64,000 nucleotides of DNA from Schizochytrium sp. TIO01 (GCA_004764695.1 SMSO01000032.1:496001-560000), one strand, 5' to 3'; shown: positions 11,429 to 26,600, counted from the first letter of the stretch. Notes: generated by a model from the sequence alone, not told the origin. Made by a program: numbers and translations.

Positions 11429-14400
11429 CTTGAGTTTAAGTTGGTTGTCTTACAGAGTGAATCGAAGAGCTTTTGAGTTTTGGATTTACAAGTGCTTCAG
11501 CTGCTGCTTTGGATGTTTGGGTTTTGCTTCGACTTTCCAAGTTGTGGATTTGCTTTCGTTCAGTTCGGGCCCGTGGCTTCGAAGCTTTCGGGTTGCCAGA
11601 GTTCTACGCTTGGTGCGCCAATTACCTTGACTTCGTTGATGCCCGAGTTCTACTCTCTGAAGGCTCTATTCGGGATTGCTTACCAAGCCTCGAATTAAAG
11701 AGGGCGGCGCCTCCTCAGAGCATCCCTCACAACCCCACTGGCCTTGATCTCCCTCAGAGCCCCACTGACTTGTGTTTTGCGAGTTTCCCCCTCTCTGAGC
11801 CAGGGGAAACGAAGTTTTGTTCAATACTCCGCCTTCTGTTTGGCGTGCTTTGTAGAAACCAATGAGGAACTCGACTTTTGGAAATCACTCTCTTGCCCTC
11901 TGCGACTGCTAGAAAATTTCTCTCATTTTTTATTGCTCCCACAGTCAAACCTACAGACACTCAGAATATTGAAAAGAAAAGCGAGAAAGCTTAGAAACAT
12001 CCTCAAAAGGCCTGACTATAATTGCTGATGATGATTCTTTTCGAATCCAACCCGCTTGAGCCGCTTGAGCCGCTTGGCCGATAAATGAAGCGGTTAGAGC
12101 GAAATGGATCAGACATGCGATCCAACTACACAGCCTGTCTATGGGAGCAAAGAATGAAACCGATGTAGATACACGAGAACTCCTTCTTCAGATCATTCGC
12201 TTCTCCATTACTCTTATTGCTTTTTTTAAACTTTTTGCAGAAAAAGCTCTTAATTAATAAATAATAATAATAATAATAATATTGCTCACAAGTGCTATTG
12301 TTTCCCTAGATACCACTCTTGAAAACTTAGTTGTTCTTCGAGCCCGGGGCCTTTTCTTGAGGACGCTGTGCGCGCGGCAGGAATTCAGACTGCAATGAGC
12401 CAGCTTAAAGTTTTATAAGGCTTCGTTTGCAACGGCGGACGCTCGCTACTTTTCTGGCAATTATTTAGCCTCCCAGTTTTAGGCAAACATGATCTGAATT
12501 ACTTGCTAAATTTATCAATTTTTTTTAATTAAAATTAAAAAAGGAAAATTAAACAAATGAGTTCGACATTCATGAATGGTGCTACCGAGCTCACACCTTT
12601 TTTCTTCTTGTTGTATAGAAATTACTATAGAATTATAATTTTATAACATGAAAACATGCCTTCCTCTTTGGTATATTTTTTAATTATATCATACTAGTGT
12701 GACTTAGAAGATGTTCGTAAGAAAGAAACATTTGGCATCTTTGAGACATCCTTTTCTTTGTTCGTTCAAAGTGTAAGATCCCTATATTAGATAATCGTCT
12801 CACTCGCTAGCTCTAGGTCAAGCTTTCTTAGCTGTAATGCCTATACTCAGAGTGGAAATGTATTTCCTTGCAGAATTAAAGTTATTCCTCTCCCCTTAGT
12901 TTAGCCTCGCTCGATTCCTTCTCTATCGTGAGTAGCAAAAACCCTACCGAGTAAAGGAGGCCTTCTTACGCTTCGATATCCCATTTCGATTTAGCATTAC
13001 GCTAGCACAAACCCGAAGTGCTCACTTTTAATATGGAGGCGGAGCACCGTTTTTCTGTAGGCAGGCAAACCTTTAATTTAAAAGTATTGTTTTTAAAAAA
13101 GCGTTGTATGAAAAGAGGAGTATTGCAGGGATTGTCAGCGGGTGTTCGAATTTAGCCTGAGCAAAATAGTCACAGCAGATAAATACTTGGAGAATCATTC
13201 GGCGACTAGTCTGAGGTGCCAAAAGCGTGCGTGGATGGATGGACAAAGTAGCAGGAGCTCGCTCGGGTCCAATATTCTCCTGTTGAAACGGGAGCATCGC
13301 TGAATTGCCTCGCGATCATGCTTGTGTTAAAATTTTTAATTTATTCAATTAAAAGTTTTATAATGAAAAGGAAAGTTTGAAATGTTAGTTTATTTCTTTG
13401 CTTTTACTAACAAAAAGGTTGAAATTAAAATATATTGTGTGGAAAAACTAACTAAATAGTTGCCTTCCTTCAACCTGATTGTGGAAGCGTACAACCATTG
13501 TTACACATACTACCAAATTGACTGTTAGTTAGCACACATGGTAATCATGAGCAGAAGAAGGAGCAGCGACCGATCTCCTCCAAGCTTTAAAAATGTAGAC
13601 TACGTTGGCTCAGTCCGAGCTAGGGCTTGACTTCTTAATAGTGCCTTAGTGTTACGAGCAACTCTTCAAACTAAGTGCACTAAAAGGTTTTTCTTCCAGT
13701 ATGAATTCTGTTTGCACTCATTTCCCCCTAATTTCTGACCTTCTAAGAATCTTTATCATTAATGAATTTCTTCCACGTATGGTGAGTCTCAGTTGTTTCC
13801 ATTTTCGTTGGGTTCTTTTGCATGACGCGCGCAGTTGACAAGCAAACAATCTACTGGTTGATGTTATTTCTACTGTGACGTATCTCCATTCGTCGCACGA
13901 ATGCCTAGTTTGATTTACTCCTTGATACCTGAGATGGTTTCGATCTAAAGCTCTTTGTTTGCTATATAAGAAGCTCTTGAAGTAATGTGTGCCTTTGTAC
14001 CCCTTCTGTGCAAAATCTGGCACTCCGAATTCATACAAGACCAAACGAAGTAGCGTTTGCATTAAAATATTGAGAGATGTTCATTATAAAAGGGATTCAT
14101 CAGCGCTGCCGACGCAGCCTATCGCCAACAGGACACCTAGCTTTCGTTAATGTAGTTGCATTGCTCATTTCAAGCAGCTGTGCCGTCCTGCTAAACAAGT
14201 TGTACTCCCTCGGCTACAAGCACTTTGATGTATTATAAGAGCTTTAATAAATCATAAATGTGTAGGAATATGCTAGCTATCAGATTTGGCTAGGTTGGCC
14301 AACTTGTTCCCTGCTGCTTCAATCTTTTTTAATAATGAGTGATTAAACTTGCAAAAGACTGGTTGAAATGTTGCTGACTAATAATACTGCACAGTATTTC

Positions 14401-17356
14401 CACATTGCGGGGTCTGAACTTGATGATGCAACCGTTCGATGCCACTGTAAGCTTGATTGCCCACGGTGAACGATTGCTGTAAGCAACTAGGATACGCACA
14501 CGAGGAAGATGTCATGGAAATTAACACGTTAGACCTCAAGAGAACTTCAGTCGTCCAAGGCTGTGTCACATGATCTTCGAATAAAACAGCCTACAAGTAG
14601 GGATGTTAATTCGAAGAATTGTTGCATCGTGGAAAATCTCTTACCTCATGCCGTATCACTGCGACTGTTCTTCACAGCTAAGCATTACTATATCCTGATC
14701 TTGGTCTCCATTATGGACAGCGGAATCGTCATCATACCTTTTTGCGTGGGTGTGCGTGGGTGCTGGCTTGCTTTGACATTTGAGCTGAGCATCGTGGTGA
14801 TTGGCAAGATTTGGCAGCTCATAAGCCTGTCTTGGAATACAACAGGCCCAAATTTTATATCGAATTATAAGCTCCGCCGGACTTTAGCTTTCTCCTGTAA
14901 CTTGACTCAGCGCATTCTCAAACCAGACTTTCCATTCTCGCGCGAGGCCGCCACAACGAAGCAGGAGCTGAAAGTACACACGCAGGAACTAAGTTCATCG
15001 TCTTACTAAAACCTATCATTTTTTATTTTTTATTAATGTCGTAGAGATCTTTCACACAGCACCTTCCAAGGAACTTACTTCCCTTAGCAATTTGTGTTTA
15101 TACTAATAATAATAATTATTATTATTTAAAAAATTAAATAATTAAAAAAAAAAAAAAAAAAAAAAAACGTTAGTCTGGTTCTTTGAATCGTTTTAAAATG
15201 TTTTAATTAAACGTTAAATTTTGTTAAAAATGACCGGGGCCAAAAGAAAACGAAAGTATTTAACGTGATAAAGACATAAGATGCTTTCTTAACCTTCATG
15301 ACATGATCAGCCGCTTGCTTAATGAGCGCTAGTAGCATATATTTGACAACCTTTTTCTTCATGCCGATGCCGATCGAAAGTAGTGCATTAAATAATGGAA
15401 ATTGTTGCTGGGGCCCTTGCGACCATCGGATCCGAATCAGGCAATCAGCAATCCAAATGATCACTGTCTCGAGTGCTTGAAATGCAAAGTTAGCTATCTC
15501 AATGATTCATGAGAACCATTGATAATGGAGAAAGGTAAACAGAGTCCAAACTAATTTTAAGCACCCTTCTCTTTCTATAAGCTTATAACATTTGAAATAT
15601 TAGTATGGTTCATGCAATTAGCAAAAAAAGTACGATGAGATCAATGGTAAAATGCTTTCGCTCATGTGTCAAAATCACATCCTACAGCAAGGCAAAATAG
15701 TCTTTGCGATGCTCCCAACTGAATTGGAAGTGAATTGCAACCATCTTCAACGTCATCACGATTTCATACGAATGATTGTCGTTTATCTGGTGCGTGAGGA
15801 CTTGAGCATCTGCAACTTTTTGCGCTATGGAATATTTAAAAATTAAGTAATAAGCAAAAGTTTAAACTTATACCTAAACTCAGATCCACCTCTGAATTTT
15901 GCATTGTCTTGCCACGCGCACCCAAAGAATACTTTGTTTTGTTTTTTAACAGAACAAAAAAACACTAATTGCTTCAGGCAATCTGCTCAAGCTAAACTTC
16001 TGTCCTTCTAGCCCAACCTCGCTTGATATTTACAAAAGTAATTAATTGCTTCTCGTTTGGTTGATCTCTTCACTATTTAATTAACAGTCCGTGGTCTGGT
16101 TGGGTATAACTTTCTAATGACGACAAGCATGTCAGTCTTGAAATTGCGACCAAGTTTGCCAACTCAACGGTAGATATCACAAACAACGGAGTTCCACTTG
16201 CTCGTGCTGTCCGCAGCAGATCCAGGTTTCACGGGCTCGTGAAGCTTCGTTGATAGACCGCTTCGCCTTCTCCGGAAATATCGACAGTACACGGCCCCAT
16301 CATAGTCCATGCCTGCAATATAACATGGAAGGCGTTTTTTTTTGGTGGTTTTTTTAATATTTTAAAATAAGGGATCAAATACACCGCATCATTTACCTCG
16401 GCGATTGATAACCAAGGTTTCCTTTTGCGCCATTGGGTGCTTATAACACAATGCTGAGTTCTTTTATAACTGATTCTCGATCCATTTTATAGTAAGCCAG
16501 TCTTCCAAACTTAATCTTGCTATGCTACGTTTAGTACATTCAGCCAGATCTGTTTCCATCATGATCGCTTGCGAAGGTTTGCGTCGGTGTCTCTTTTTTC
16601 TTTAGGCAAAGTGATATGGCCCTTCTTCCCTTGGACATGGATTAATATTTACGGAAACTCACCGGCGGTGTGCAAACATAGTTCAACGTGCGAAACCGAT
16701 TCACTTGTTGTTTTTCGCGGCCACATATGACTTCTCCTTCTTCTTCTCGTGGTTGTTTTCTACTTACCCTATCCGGGCCTTTCACGAGAGAGCCCGCAAT
16801 TGTTCTTTCAATATGCTCTCTGCAATCAGCGCCACAGGTGGTCTGCCAGCCAGCCATACTAATCTGCTACATGGCGATCACATATGACTTGCTCCTTTCG
16901 GGCCTCCGAACAACGGGGAGGGAAGGCCCGTTTTCCCGTGGCTGGAAACGTTTACGTGCAGAGGTCCCTGGCAAAGCAGAGGAGCAGAGCAGATCCGCAG
17001 CATACGCTTCAATAGCTCAACCCAAGTGAACCGAAGGATACCAAGACAAGCATATCTTGCAAACAAGCGCAGCCAAACCGCTCCAAAACTTGCACCCGGC
17101 TCTGCTCTGCTTCTTCCTTCAAGCATGGCGCATTGCTGCCCAGTCAGTCTTGCGCCAGTAGGAGGTGATTAGGCACCACTAGCTAAATAGCTAGCTAGCT
17201 AGCTCGCTCAGTTAGTCTCGTACTATCATGGTAAAGTTCTCACTCATTAGCTCGCATTAGCCAGCTAGCTCTCTCTAAGGGGCACCAGCAGCGATAGCGA
17301 CAGTCTGAAAGTCTTTTCCAACAGTTTGTTTGATTGTTTGATTGTTTGATTGTCTC

Positions 17357-17612
17357 GTCTTGTCTTGTCTTGTCTTGTCTTGTCTTGTCTTGTCTTGTCT
17401 TGTCTTGTCTTGTCTTGTCTTGTCTTGTCTTGTCTTGTCTTGTCTTGTCTTGTCTTGTCTTGTCTTGTCTTGTCTTGTCTTGTCTTGTCTTGTCTTGTCT
17501 TGTCTTGTCTTGTCTTGTCTTGTCTTGTCTTGTCTTGTCTTGTCTTGTCTTGTCTTGTCTTGTCTTGTCTTGTCTTGTCTTGTCTTGTCTTGTCTTGTCT
17601 TGTCTTGTCTTG
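17357..17612. repeat. Perfect pentanucleotide microsatellite (GTCTT) x about 51
   Basis: Uninterrupted array of about 255 bp read directly; it generates the spurious (VLSCL)n ORFs. Confidence 0.99.
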
Positions 17613-20600
17613 CTTTGGATCGACAGGGTTTTTTATTTATTTTCCCCTTCTTTTCTTTTTGCTGTTTTCTCCTCTTCTTCAGGCTTTTTCCTCTCTGTAT
17701 TCGGGCGCTTTCTCCGTGGTGGATCTAAGAGCACGAAGCAAGACACGGTAATTGCCGTTTTCGAGTTTCCGAAGTCACTTGGAAATGAAGCCAAATAGGG
17801 CGTGAGATCTCTTTCACCTAAGTAGGTATCTGTGATCAATCTCACTCTCAACTCACCTACAACTGTACATTCTTTTATTATTACTATTTCGATAAAAGAT
17901 TTCCATACGCTTGAAAGAAAGGGGAAATTCTACTTGGGCGTCTTTTTTGTCCAGCCTAGCTCACAGTTTAAAGCGTGATGATCTGCCTTTAACTAGCTAG
18001 AGATCTTGATCGCCCCTGCTTGTTCCCTGTATACAAGGCAGAAAGGAAGCGCAATTTATTCTTGAAACAAAGCACAGCACAGGACGCCGTTTTATGCAAC
18101 TGAAAACTTGTAAGAAATGCGATAAGGTTGAACCTGAATTTAAGGCTTACTAGACTGTGCATCTACCAGCAGAACCCTCCGCATTCATCGTTTTCAGAGA
18201 ACGCTGCTTAGTTTTTCAGCCGTATAGGCACCATACGATTCAGAATTCCGCTTCAAGCGAAGAACCAAGTAAGTTGTGTAACACTAGATACCTGCTCGCA
18301 GCAGTTTTAACCGCACGGGAACGGGATTCAGTGAGTAAACCATTCAAAACTGTGCCATGCAAGGCCTAGCTGCTGTTTACAAGTCCTTTTTCGGTCACCT
18401 CTGGGCCGACATAGCCAACTGAAAATAATCAAAGGATACTACACGAGCCCGTATTGCGTTTATCTCACTTTTTATTCTTTTTAATAAAACTATTTTAGCT
18501 GTATGGAGTTTCCATCTTTCTACTACTCGAGATACCGCCGATTTTAAATTGATTACTACTACTACTAATAATAAAAGACCATCTGATGTATAGTAGGCAA
18601 ACTAAAAAACAAAAAACAAATCATATTGAGAACTTTTTTTCCTATTTAAAAAGTTAAAATTAAGTTGTTCTCTGGAGGAAAACATAGCGGGCGGTGAAAT
18701 CTCAGCGAAGGTTAATAAGACCAGATCGTCTCGCAGCCGGCAGAGAGAGCTTGGCAAATAATTGCTCGCGAACGATCTTAGCCAGACAGACACCCAGAGA
18801 GGCGTCTGGGCAAATAATCTTTTTCAAAATGCCTCGGAAAACAACCTCACCTACCCGCTTCCTGAGCTCGCCTGAGGACCTCACAAAATAAACCTCGAGA
18901 CTTCCGACTCGGCGAATGATATGGTATCTTGAGCAAACGTCGTCGAGTTCATACTTTTAAATGAATTTCTGCCGATTTCCATTTTAAACTCCTCTTCGAG
19001 CGATCTTTCATGCTTGTAAATCACGTTGGAAATCAAGTTCAAACTTGATTTGTCATAAGAAACTTTATTCTCATCAACTCAATCTGATAGAAATCTGATT
19101 CATAAGTCTAAACATTGTAGCTTGTTTGATGATTCTCATTCTTTCGCTCTTCCTCTCTCTCTTTTCTTTTTTCTTTTAATTAACAAGAGAGAAGCTAAAT
19201 TAATTTAAAATGTTATATTTTAAAACTAAATGGAACGAATCCAAGATGATAGATAGATGCTAACTATGAATGAAAGAAACCAACGACTGTGTGCGGTGGA
19301 TGATACAAATTCAACAATGGTATTAAGCAAGGCTAAACCGTGATGCCTATCAATGACTTTCTTTTTTTGCTACCAAGCTGGGCCCCGGACGGTGGCAGCG
19401 AGCGAGGGCACTGCTTACTGGCCCTGCTCCGAGCTTGACCTCCTCCCGTTCATTCCTTCCTTTTCCCTTTTCATCAGCTCTTTTAATTTTTATTTTTTTT
19501 AAAAAAACTAAATCGCATAGAAAATTGAAAGATGAAGTCTCACTCAGGGAGGCTTAAAAACCTTCCGTTGCAAAGAGACATGAATAACAATGAGTGTTGA
19601 TTCGTATAGGGCATAGACAGTGCTATATATTGAGTATGCCCCAGCAAGTGCTCGCTTGCCTCGCAAACAAGATTGCTTACCTGTTTCTGTGCCCTTCGAC
19701 GTTTCTTTTTCTTTTTCTTTTTACTCTTCTTACGAGTCACTCTTTGTACTAGAAGGAAAAATCGGTCCATCGCAAGCCATACTGCGTTCAACGCTTTTGA
19801 GGAGGGTGGCTGCTTGCCGTTTGCCAGTAGGGCGTGTGGCCTCTTCGAGATGCATCTCAGATGATTATGGGAGCATCGTCTGACCCATTGAGGTGGCTGC
19901 GATTATTTAGATGTGGCTATGCTATCCCTCAAAGATTCCAACCCCGCCAGAAGCATCCTCAGTTTTCAGCCAAGTCTGACCGCATAAAACTAAGCTCTCC
20001 GAAGCCTATTATTATTTAGGCCTCTGCTCCAAGTCGCTTAAAAGGTGACTGTTTGTAGCAGTGCAGTGTCATTTATGTTTAGGAAGTAGAGAGTCAAGGT
20101 AAAAAACTCACTCTTTCGGATTCCTTTGCCATTCTTTCGAAATTCCTCTACTACTACGTAACTGAAGCTTTCTTTGTTTTTCCAATGACTTATATATATA
20201 TATTTTTTTTAAATAATATAATAAGGAGAAATTAAAACTAGCTTATACTCTAGCATGGTGGATAAATAAATATATTTCTTTATCGAAGAAGAAAAAAACT
20301 GACTCTCTCCCGAGTTCTTTCTAGTTCTTACCTCTGTATGCCACTTTAATCACTTAAATTTCTTCTCTCCTCGCTTGCGTGTCCAGTTGCTATTTGAATA
20401 CAAGGAAGGAATCATTCTGCCGTATGCATCATTGCGATTGTTGTGCTACCTCCCTTCGCTTAGAGATATTCGAACTTGAAAGGGATGCGCTGCTACTCTG
20501 CCTTACGATACATCAACCAGCATAGAGCGCAAGCTCGAAGTCTTGAAGACCTGAAGTTCTGGCTTGCCTAGTTCTTCAAGTTGATCTTATCATCCCTAAT

Positions 20601-23600
20601 TGAAAGAATACTTTTCGTTCTTTTGCTTGTTTTTGGTTTTTAATGTAATATCTTTTTTTGTTTTTTACACACTTCGGTAGCACCACAGTGCGGGTCCTGA
20701 CTGAGAAGTTAATTTGAGGAAGTTAGAAACCTCGCAAAGTATGGGAACTTTTGGAAACTCGCTCGCTCGCTTTCTTTCTTCTCCTTCTTTCGTTCTTTCC
20801 TTCAAGTTTGAGGTTAACTTGAAGCTCCTTTCTCTCCACTTGAGCAGGTGTATCCAACCGCCAATCTTCTCCCTCCTTGAGCCAGCCGCCCCAAACTGAG
20901 CGACCTCTATTTGAGGCGCGAGAACTCTTCACCTTGGAGACCCACAAGGGCTACTTTCCAGAACTCAGAATTGCCTTCTATTCTAAGCCTCTTCCTCCTT
21001 GTGATTCTAAAGGAGGCTGTGCCGCTTAGACCGGTGTGCATTGGTCGGACACAAGCGAAGAAGCGGTCACGGCCCCTCAAGGAAGTTACAGTAATCTATG
21101 AGCCCTCCAAATAACTTGAACATCTTTATATAATATTTTGTGTTTGCTGCGATGATGGCGATGATGATGACAAACGAGACCATGTGCATGGTATAAATGC
21201 CGGGATTCAACAGGCGTGGATGGGAGGTGCATATACTTCAAGCCGCTGCGATTGCTTACGCTGTCTTTGGAAGGGTCGGCCCTGCCGGAGTGGAGAGGCA
21301 TCGCGCGATTGCTGAAGCATGCCGAGAAAGCTCGTTGGTCGTGAGGCTTGTCATCAGATCAGCATAAAGTAGAGTTGTGCCTTAAGATCAGCTTCGGGAT
21401 GTGATGAGCGTAGAGGAAATGATTAAGAAGGCAAGCCACTTAAATAAATGCGTATTTCATAGATTGAGTTCTTTGAGTAAAGGTCATACGAATTTTGGAA
21501 ATCAGATCGATTTACCTTGGCGGCGCGTTGTGTCTCTGTCTCCTCGACTCGAGCCCTTCAAAGCATTGTGCGTGCGTATCCGCTCCTTCCTGTCCGGGAT
21601 GGCAAAAGCCTAAGCGGGTGTGTTTCTTGCCTTGCCGTGAGATCGATTCTGAGAACCTTTTCAAGTTCAACAGAGCGACGGTTCGATTCCTTCAAAGTTC
21701 AACTCCAAGCCTCGTCAGGCTTCACAGCCATGAGCAAGAGCAAAGGTTGCGCTGTGCTTTCTAGAAGAAAAGCTTCGCTTGCCAGGGTACAGGTATCCTC
21801 CCGAGTTTGGCACCGTGTGCCTGAATTATGCGCAAAAGAACTTAATTCGCTACTCCATCGCTCTGAATGGCATATAGCTTTGTTTTTCCTTTCTTCATTT
21901 GTTTCTTTATTTCAACTTTTTAGACACAGTTTGAGTTTTGAAAAAAGTAGTAAAAATTAAAAAATTAAAAACGCGCTTTTAGTAAGTAATTTTATAATAA
22001 AATCAAACTGGTGCTAAGGTGTCTAGGAGATAGGTATATCTTTTGGAAAATGAAAACTGAGATTATCGAGCATAGCACTTTTTCTTTTGATTTTTGATGA
22101 AGAGACACCGCCAAGTTTGATTTCCCTGGCTAGAGGTCGGCCGCGGCTGTGCTTGTCTTCGTTTATCATATTTTTAAAGGTTGGCTACTCAAACCTTTTA
22201 TACAAAGGACGATGTGCAATCTTTATACTTGTTGAGACGCCGTCAAGAAATTGCGCTGCTGCACATCCTACTTAGATTGCCCAAGGCTGGAGAGAATTGG
22301 CAATTCCGTCGCACACTCTGCTAGTTGATATCACAGCACACCACCCAAAATGAAAATGAGGCTAGATCCAATAGCCGATGACGTAGCTACAAAAGAGCTA
22401 TACAGAAAGTCGCGTACCTGTGGCGTAATGTGGCCACGCAAACCTAAGATTTATGTATTTTGAGCTAACGTGATTCTCATCGATGATTGCAATAACCAGG
22501 TCTTCGCCCTCATAAATTAGAGCAAACAAGTTCAAATCTTTTAGCTTCTCAAACTCACTCATTACTAGGTCTTACCTGGAAGGTATACATCTACCTCTTA
22601 TTCTTCATTGAATGTTCCATCTCACTTTGAAAGAAACGAGCTGAATCGTTTCGCATGCGAAGAGGAAAGGAAAAAGTGCACATTGGGAAAAAAAAAAGAA
22701 AATAGTCTTTTAAAGCTTTAAATGTTGTAAATTGATATTTAAATTTATTTAAAAAAAAAAAAAAACTAAAAAAAAAAAAAAAAAAAAAACTAACCTAGAC
22801 ACTGGTTCGCGGGAGATTCTGATCCTGGGCACAAGTGGCAAAGGGTAGAGGCGAGCAGGCCCGTCTCTTCTGCGAGCAGCTTATAGCCCCCTTTCACTAT
22901 CTTCGTCGGCCCATAAGCGATCCCAGCTCTCGCTTTTTACCCTGGTGCAGCTTTTATCACGTTCCATTTGGACGGCACATATTAGCAGCGCCAGTCTGTT
23001 CGCGGTACTAGGTAGACAGGTTAGGTACACCTATACTGACTACCTACGTGTATTCTTCACTTTCCTTCTGTCCTTTCTTGTGCTTTTTTTAAACAAAAAA
23101 AAATTAAACAAAACAGAGTAAGCATCTTAAAGAAGAAAGTGAGAAAGGAGGAGCCTTTGCTACAGAGATCTTCAAGGCTTCTTTTTAATTTAAGAAAAGA
23201 GTATCGGCAAGAAGGAAACAAGGCAAGTCAAGAAAAAAGTAGTAGCCCTGCAGACAAAGCCAAGCCAAGCCAAGTTAGCTAGTAATATTAGCTCTACCCG
23301 ATGAAGACGAAAACTGTAAGAAAGAGTGTCACGCTTGGAGGAGCGTCTGCAGCAAGAACTTGCAACAGCAGGCGCAACAAGAATAATATACCAAGGTACC
23401 CCAAAATGGTTCTTCTCACAAATTGGGAAGAACCTTCAATCTGCCAAATCCAAGTTTCCCAAAGGATGAGCTCCTCGAGTCTCCTCCTCCAAAGAGTGTG
23501 CCGGCGCTTTCTCTCTCCCTCTCTTCGTCCCTCCCTCCCTCTCTTTCCTCCCTGGAGCTGACCTCGCCCTACTCAGGCTGCGCTTCTCAGGCCTCGCAGA

Positions 23601-26600
23601 GATGGCCTTTGCCATAAGATTCGCTCCACTAGAGCATACAAACGACCATCAACAGAGGCCCGCTCAAGCAGCTTATCACTTATATACGCGAGCTGAGCAG
23701 CGGCGACAGCAGTTGCGGCAGCAACGGAGACGATGATGATGATCAAGCTCGATCGATCGATCGAGTGAGTGAGTGAGCGAACACCAATTCGCGGTACCGC
23801 GAATTCATACAGTTCCAACTCGCAGGGCTTTCTGTATCGCCTGCTTCAAGCGCTGTGTTTCACTCCCTCTCCACCTCGCCGCCGCTGTCGTTGTCCTCGA
23901 GCACGTCTGGCGGTCTATCCACGGACTAAATAACAAAATGATAGATAAAGAAAGTAAGAGACACCGCTAGTTGATTGTTGTTCCTTTGGGCTTCGAGCGT
24001 CCTCCGGGCGGTCCAGAGCTTGACCGGTCGTTCGCACTGCTGCTAATTTGTTGAAGACAATGAGCTCCGCGTGCCCATTGAGCAGATCCACCAGTCGAGC
24101 CGGATGATTCGATTTCTGAGCAACAGCAAACCTTGGCTAGGAGCTGGCTAGCTTCAGTAGCCTTGTCACCATGCCATGTCGAAATCGACAGTATTCGACT
24201 AACTGCTTCGACTTTTTTATTTTTATTTTTATGAAATCGAGGCGAATAAACCTCTGGGAGGCGAGACAAAGAAGGGGGTTATCCCACTTCCCTTCGAAAG
24301 TCCCTTTTCCAGCACCAGATATAAATAACCATCTCAAAGCCTCAGGGTGCCCGATAAGTAAAGTTTCTTATATGGCCTCTATCTCGCTTGTTTAAATTTG
24401 ATTGTTTGTTTGTTTTGAACAAGACGCTCATTTGCGGATAACCAGAGAAAGGAACCGACTTTCCCCTCAAAATGAGAGAGCAAAAGATCACTTGGTAGGT
24501 AGTTGTTGTCCTCAACACGATTTGATAAGCATGGGCGCCATTAGATATCCACTTTGGCTATATTAAAGTCCACACCCCTCCCATCCTAAACGATCACGTT
24601 CGCTTGATTTACTTTCCACAGAACCCGCCTAATGAAAGAGAAAGTAGAAACCATTTTGAATAGGCGTCTGTCTATTCAATGCGATGGCAACAGCAATGCA
24701 AGGGTGCCTAAAACTCAACATGCTTTGGGGCTTGTGAAGGGATAATTCATTAAATCCCACGATAACCTCTCGTCTTCTCCACGTTGAAGTTTGAAGCAAC
24801 TCCCATTTCATTTATTAGCTTCTTGTATTTGTATACATGCTAATCACCACCTGCGCCGAGATAAGTTGCAAAAAATGGTACCAAGCTGAACGTGTCACAT
24901 GACAAGCCAACGCAGAAGCCCCTCAAAGAAACAATTCAGAATTCCGAAATGTATTTATGACAAAATTCAGAATTCACGAACTTTTGCAGATGCCTACCCA
25001 TCTTCTTCTTTTCAGCAAGAAGTAGCTTTGAAAAATGGTAGTCATAATTTTGTAGGTACAAGGTGTTTATTGCACCTGACAGAAACCTGATTAATTCGGA
25101 CCTCAAAACCCAGAAACAAGGGATGACTTTTCACAAGACAATCATCCAAATATGCAGATTTAACAAAGCTTGCGATCATCTAACCTTGTTGACTCTGAAG
25201 TGCCCCTTCTTCATCCAACCCCCCTAAAACTCATTGCGATTGAATGATACCTCCACGATATTAAGATCCCAAAGCCTGCTGCACAGGAATGCAGAGTATG
25301 AATGAAGAAAATGACGCACGTCCAACCGATCGATGTTAGTGAAGGTACTTTGTTGCTCGCGAGAAAGAGAAAACGAAATACTTCGTCTAGCATTACTAAA
25401 CGGCCACGCCTAGAAGGAAGCAGGAGATCCACTCCTCACCGGTCACTCTTGTCGACGGGCATAAATAGAAAAGTAGACGGAGGATATGCTCGTCTTAATA
25501 TTCTCAATGATTGATGACCATTCCACACAATGTAAAAGGAAAGTCGTAGATTGTAGAGTTCCTCGAGAGCAATGTCAGGAACTCGTCAGTTCCACAATGT
25601 TGCACTTACCCAAGAGATTTGTCCATGGAGCTTATTCCGCAGACCCCTTTCTTGAAAGGGGATAACTCTTACTCACAATTTATTTAGTTCCTTGCAGTTG
25701 CAAAACCTGGTGGCACGCGAAGATGACAAAGCTCAGCTGAATTTGCTCTTTCTTTTAACTTTGCATTTATGAAAAATAGATAAAACTTTTCAACTTTTGA
25801 AAAAAGAAAAAGTACAAATTTTGGCAACAACTTATAAATTCTTTTTTCCAGGAGCTGTCTCTGTGGTAGCCGGTGCCGAAATAGTTATTCATAAAACAGA
25901 ATATGAAAGTGTTACTCAATCTACTTGCAACCCCGTTCCTGTCCAGCATAGCAACCCTGTACGTTTAAACAGTTTTCAATCTTTTCAAAGAGAAATAAAT
26001 AACCGCAGCCTTACCGATTTTGGGAGTATCTCGGCAGCAAAGATTTGAGTTGTAGCGTATCTACCTGCACTGCTTTGTTTTCTTTGATTCCCTGAGGGTG
26101 TTCCCTTCCTTTCTAAAATGATCTTTCTGATCGCGAAATTGCTCGCATCGAGATCGGAAATTGAATAACTTTCTGTTGCATCTATCCTCTGACAGAGTCG
26201 TCCAAGTAGAAGTCAATCTATCTGAGACGAAAGCTTTCTCGTCATTTAGATTAGAGCAACCTATGTTGTTTCGTTCAGTCCTGTAAAAGCCTCCTCAGAA
26301 TATATATATGAAGAGCACAAAGAACCCTTTCAGTAATCTTTAATACATGTCTGGCTATACGCGACACACCATACTATTCATAAAACCTGCACTCTTTGTA
26401 ATGATTATCCTTGATCTAACACTAAGACAAAAGACACATCGAAACAACCATTCCTCAGATCAGCCAGTCTCTGCCAGCCATGAGTAGTACGAACCCGCAA
26501 ACCTATACCAAATTAGAAAGCAGGGACGACATGAAGTATTTGCGCCCTGCTCAAGTTTGGATGCCCTCACTCTACCTTGTTAAGTAAACTTGATGAATGA

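Noticed and set aside
10712-11476. 254-aa + strand ORF (and the 229-aa alternative frame at 10441-11130)
   Set aside because: Shadow frames of the codon-biased aquaporin B.
13670-13712. Minus-strand RIHTG(E)KPF-like C2H2 linker
   Set aside because: Needs frameshifts, has stops and lacks flanking Cys/His spacing.
17334-17798. Three ORFs encoding (VLSCL)n
   Set aside because: Translation of the GTCTT microsatellite, with non-ATG starts.
21630-21700. GGTTCGATTCC B-box/T-loop-like motif (similar ones near 7167 and 58797)
   Set aside because: No cloverleaf, A-box or acceptor stem can be built.
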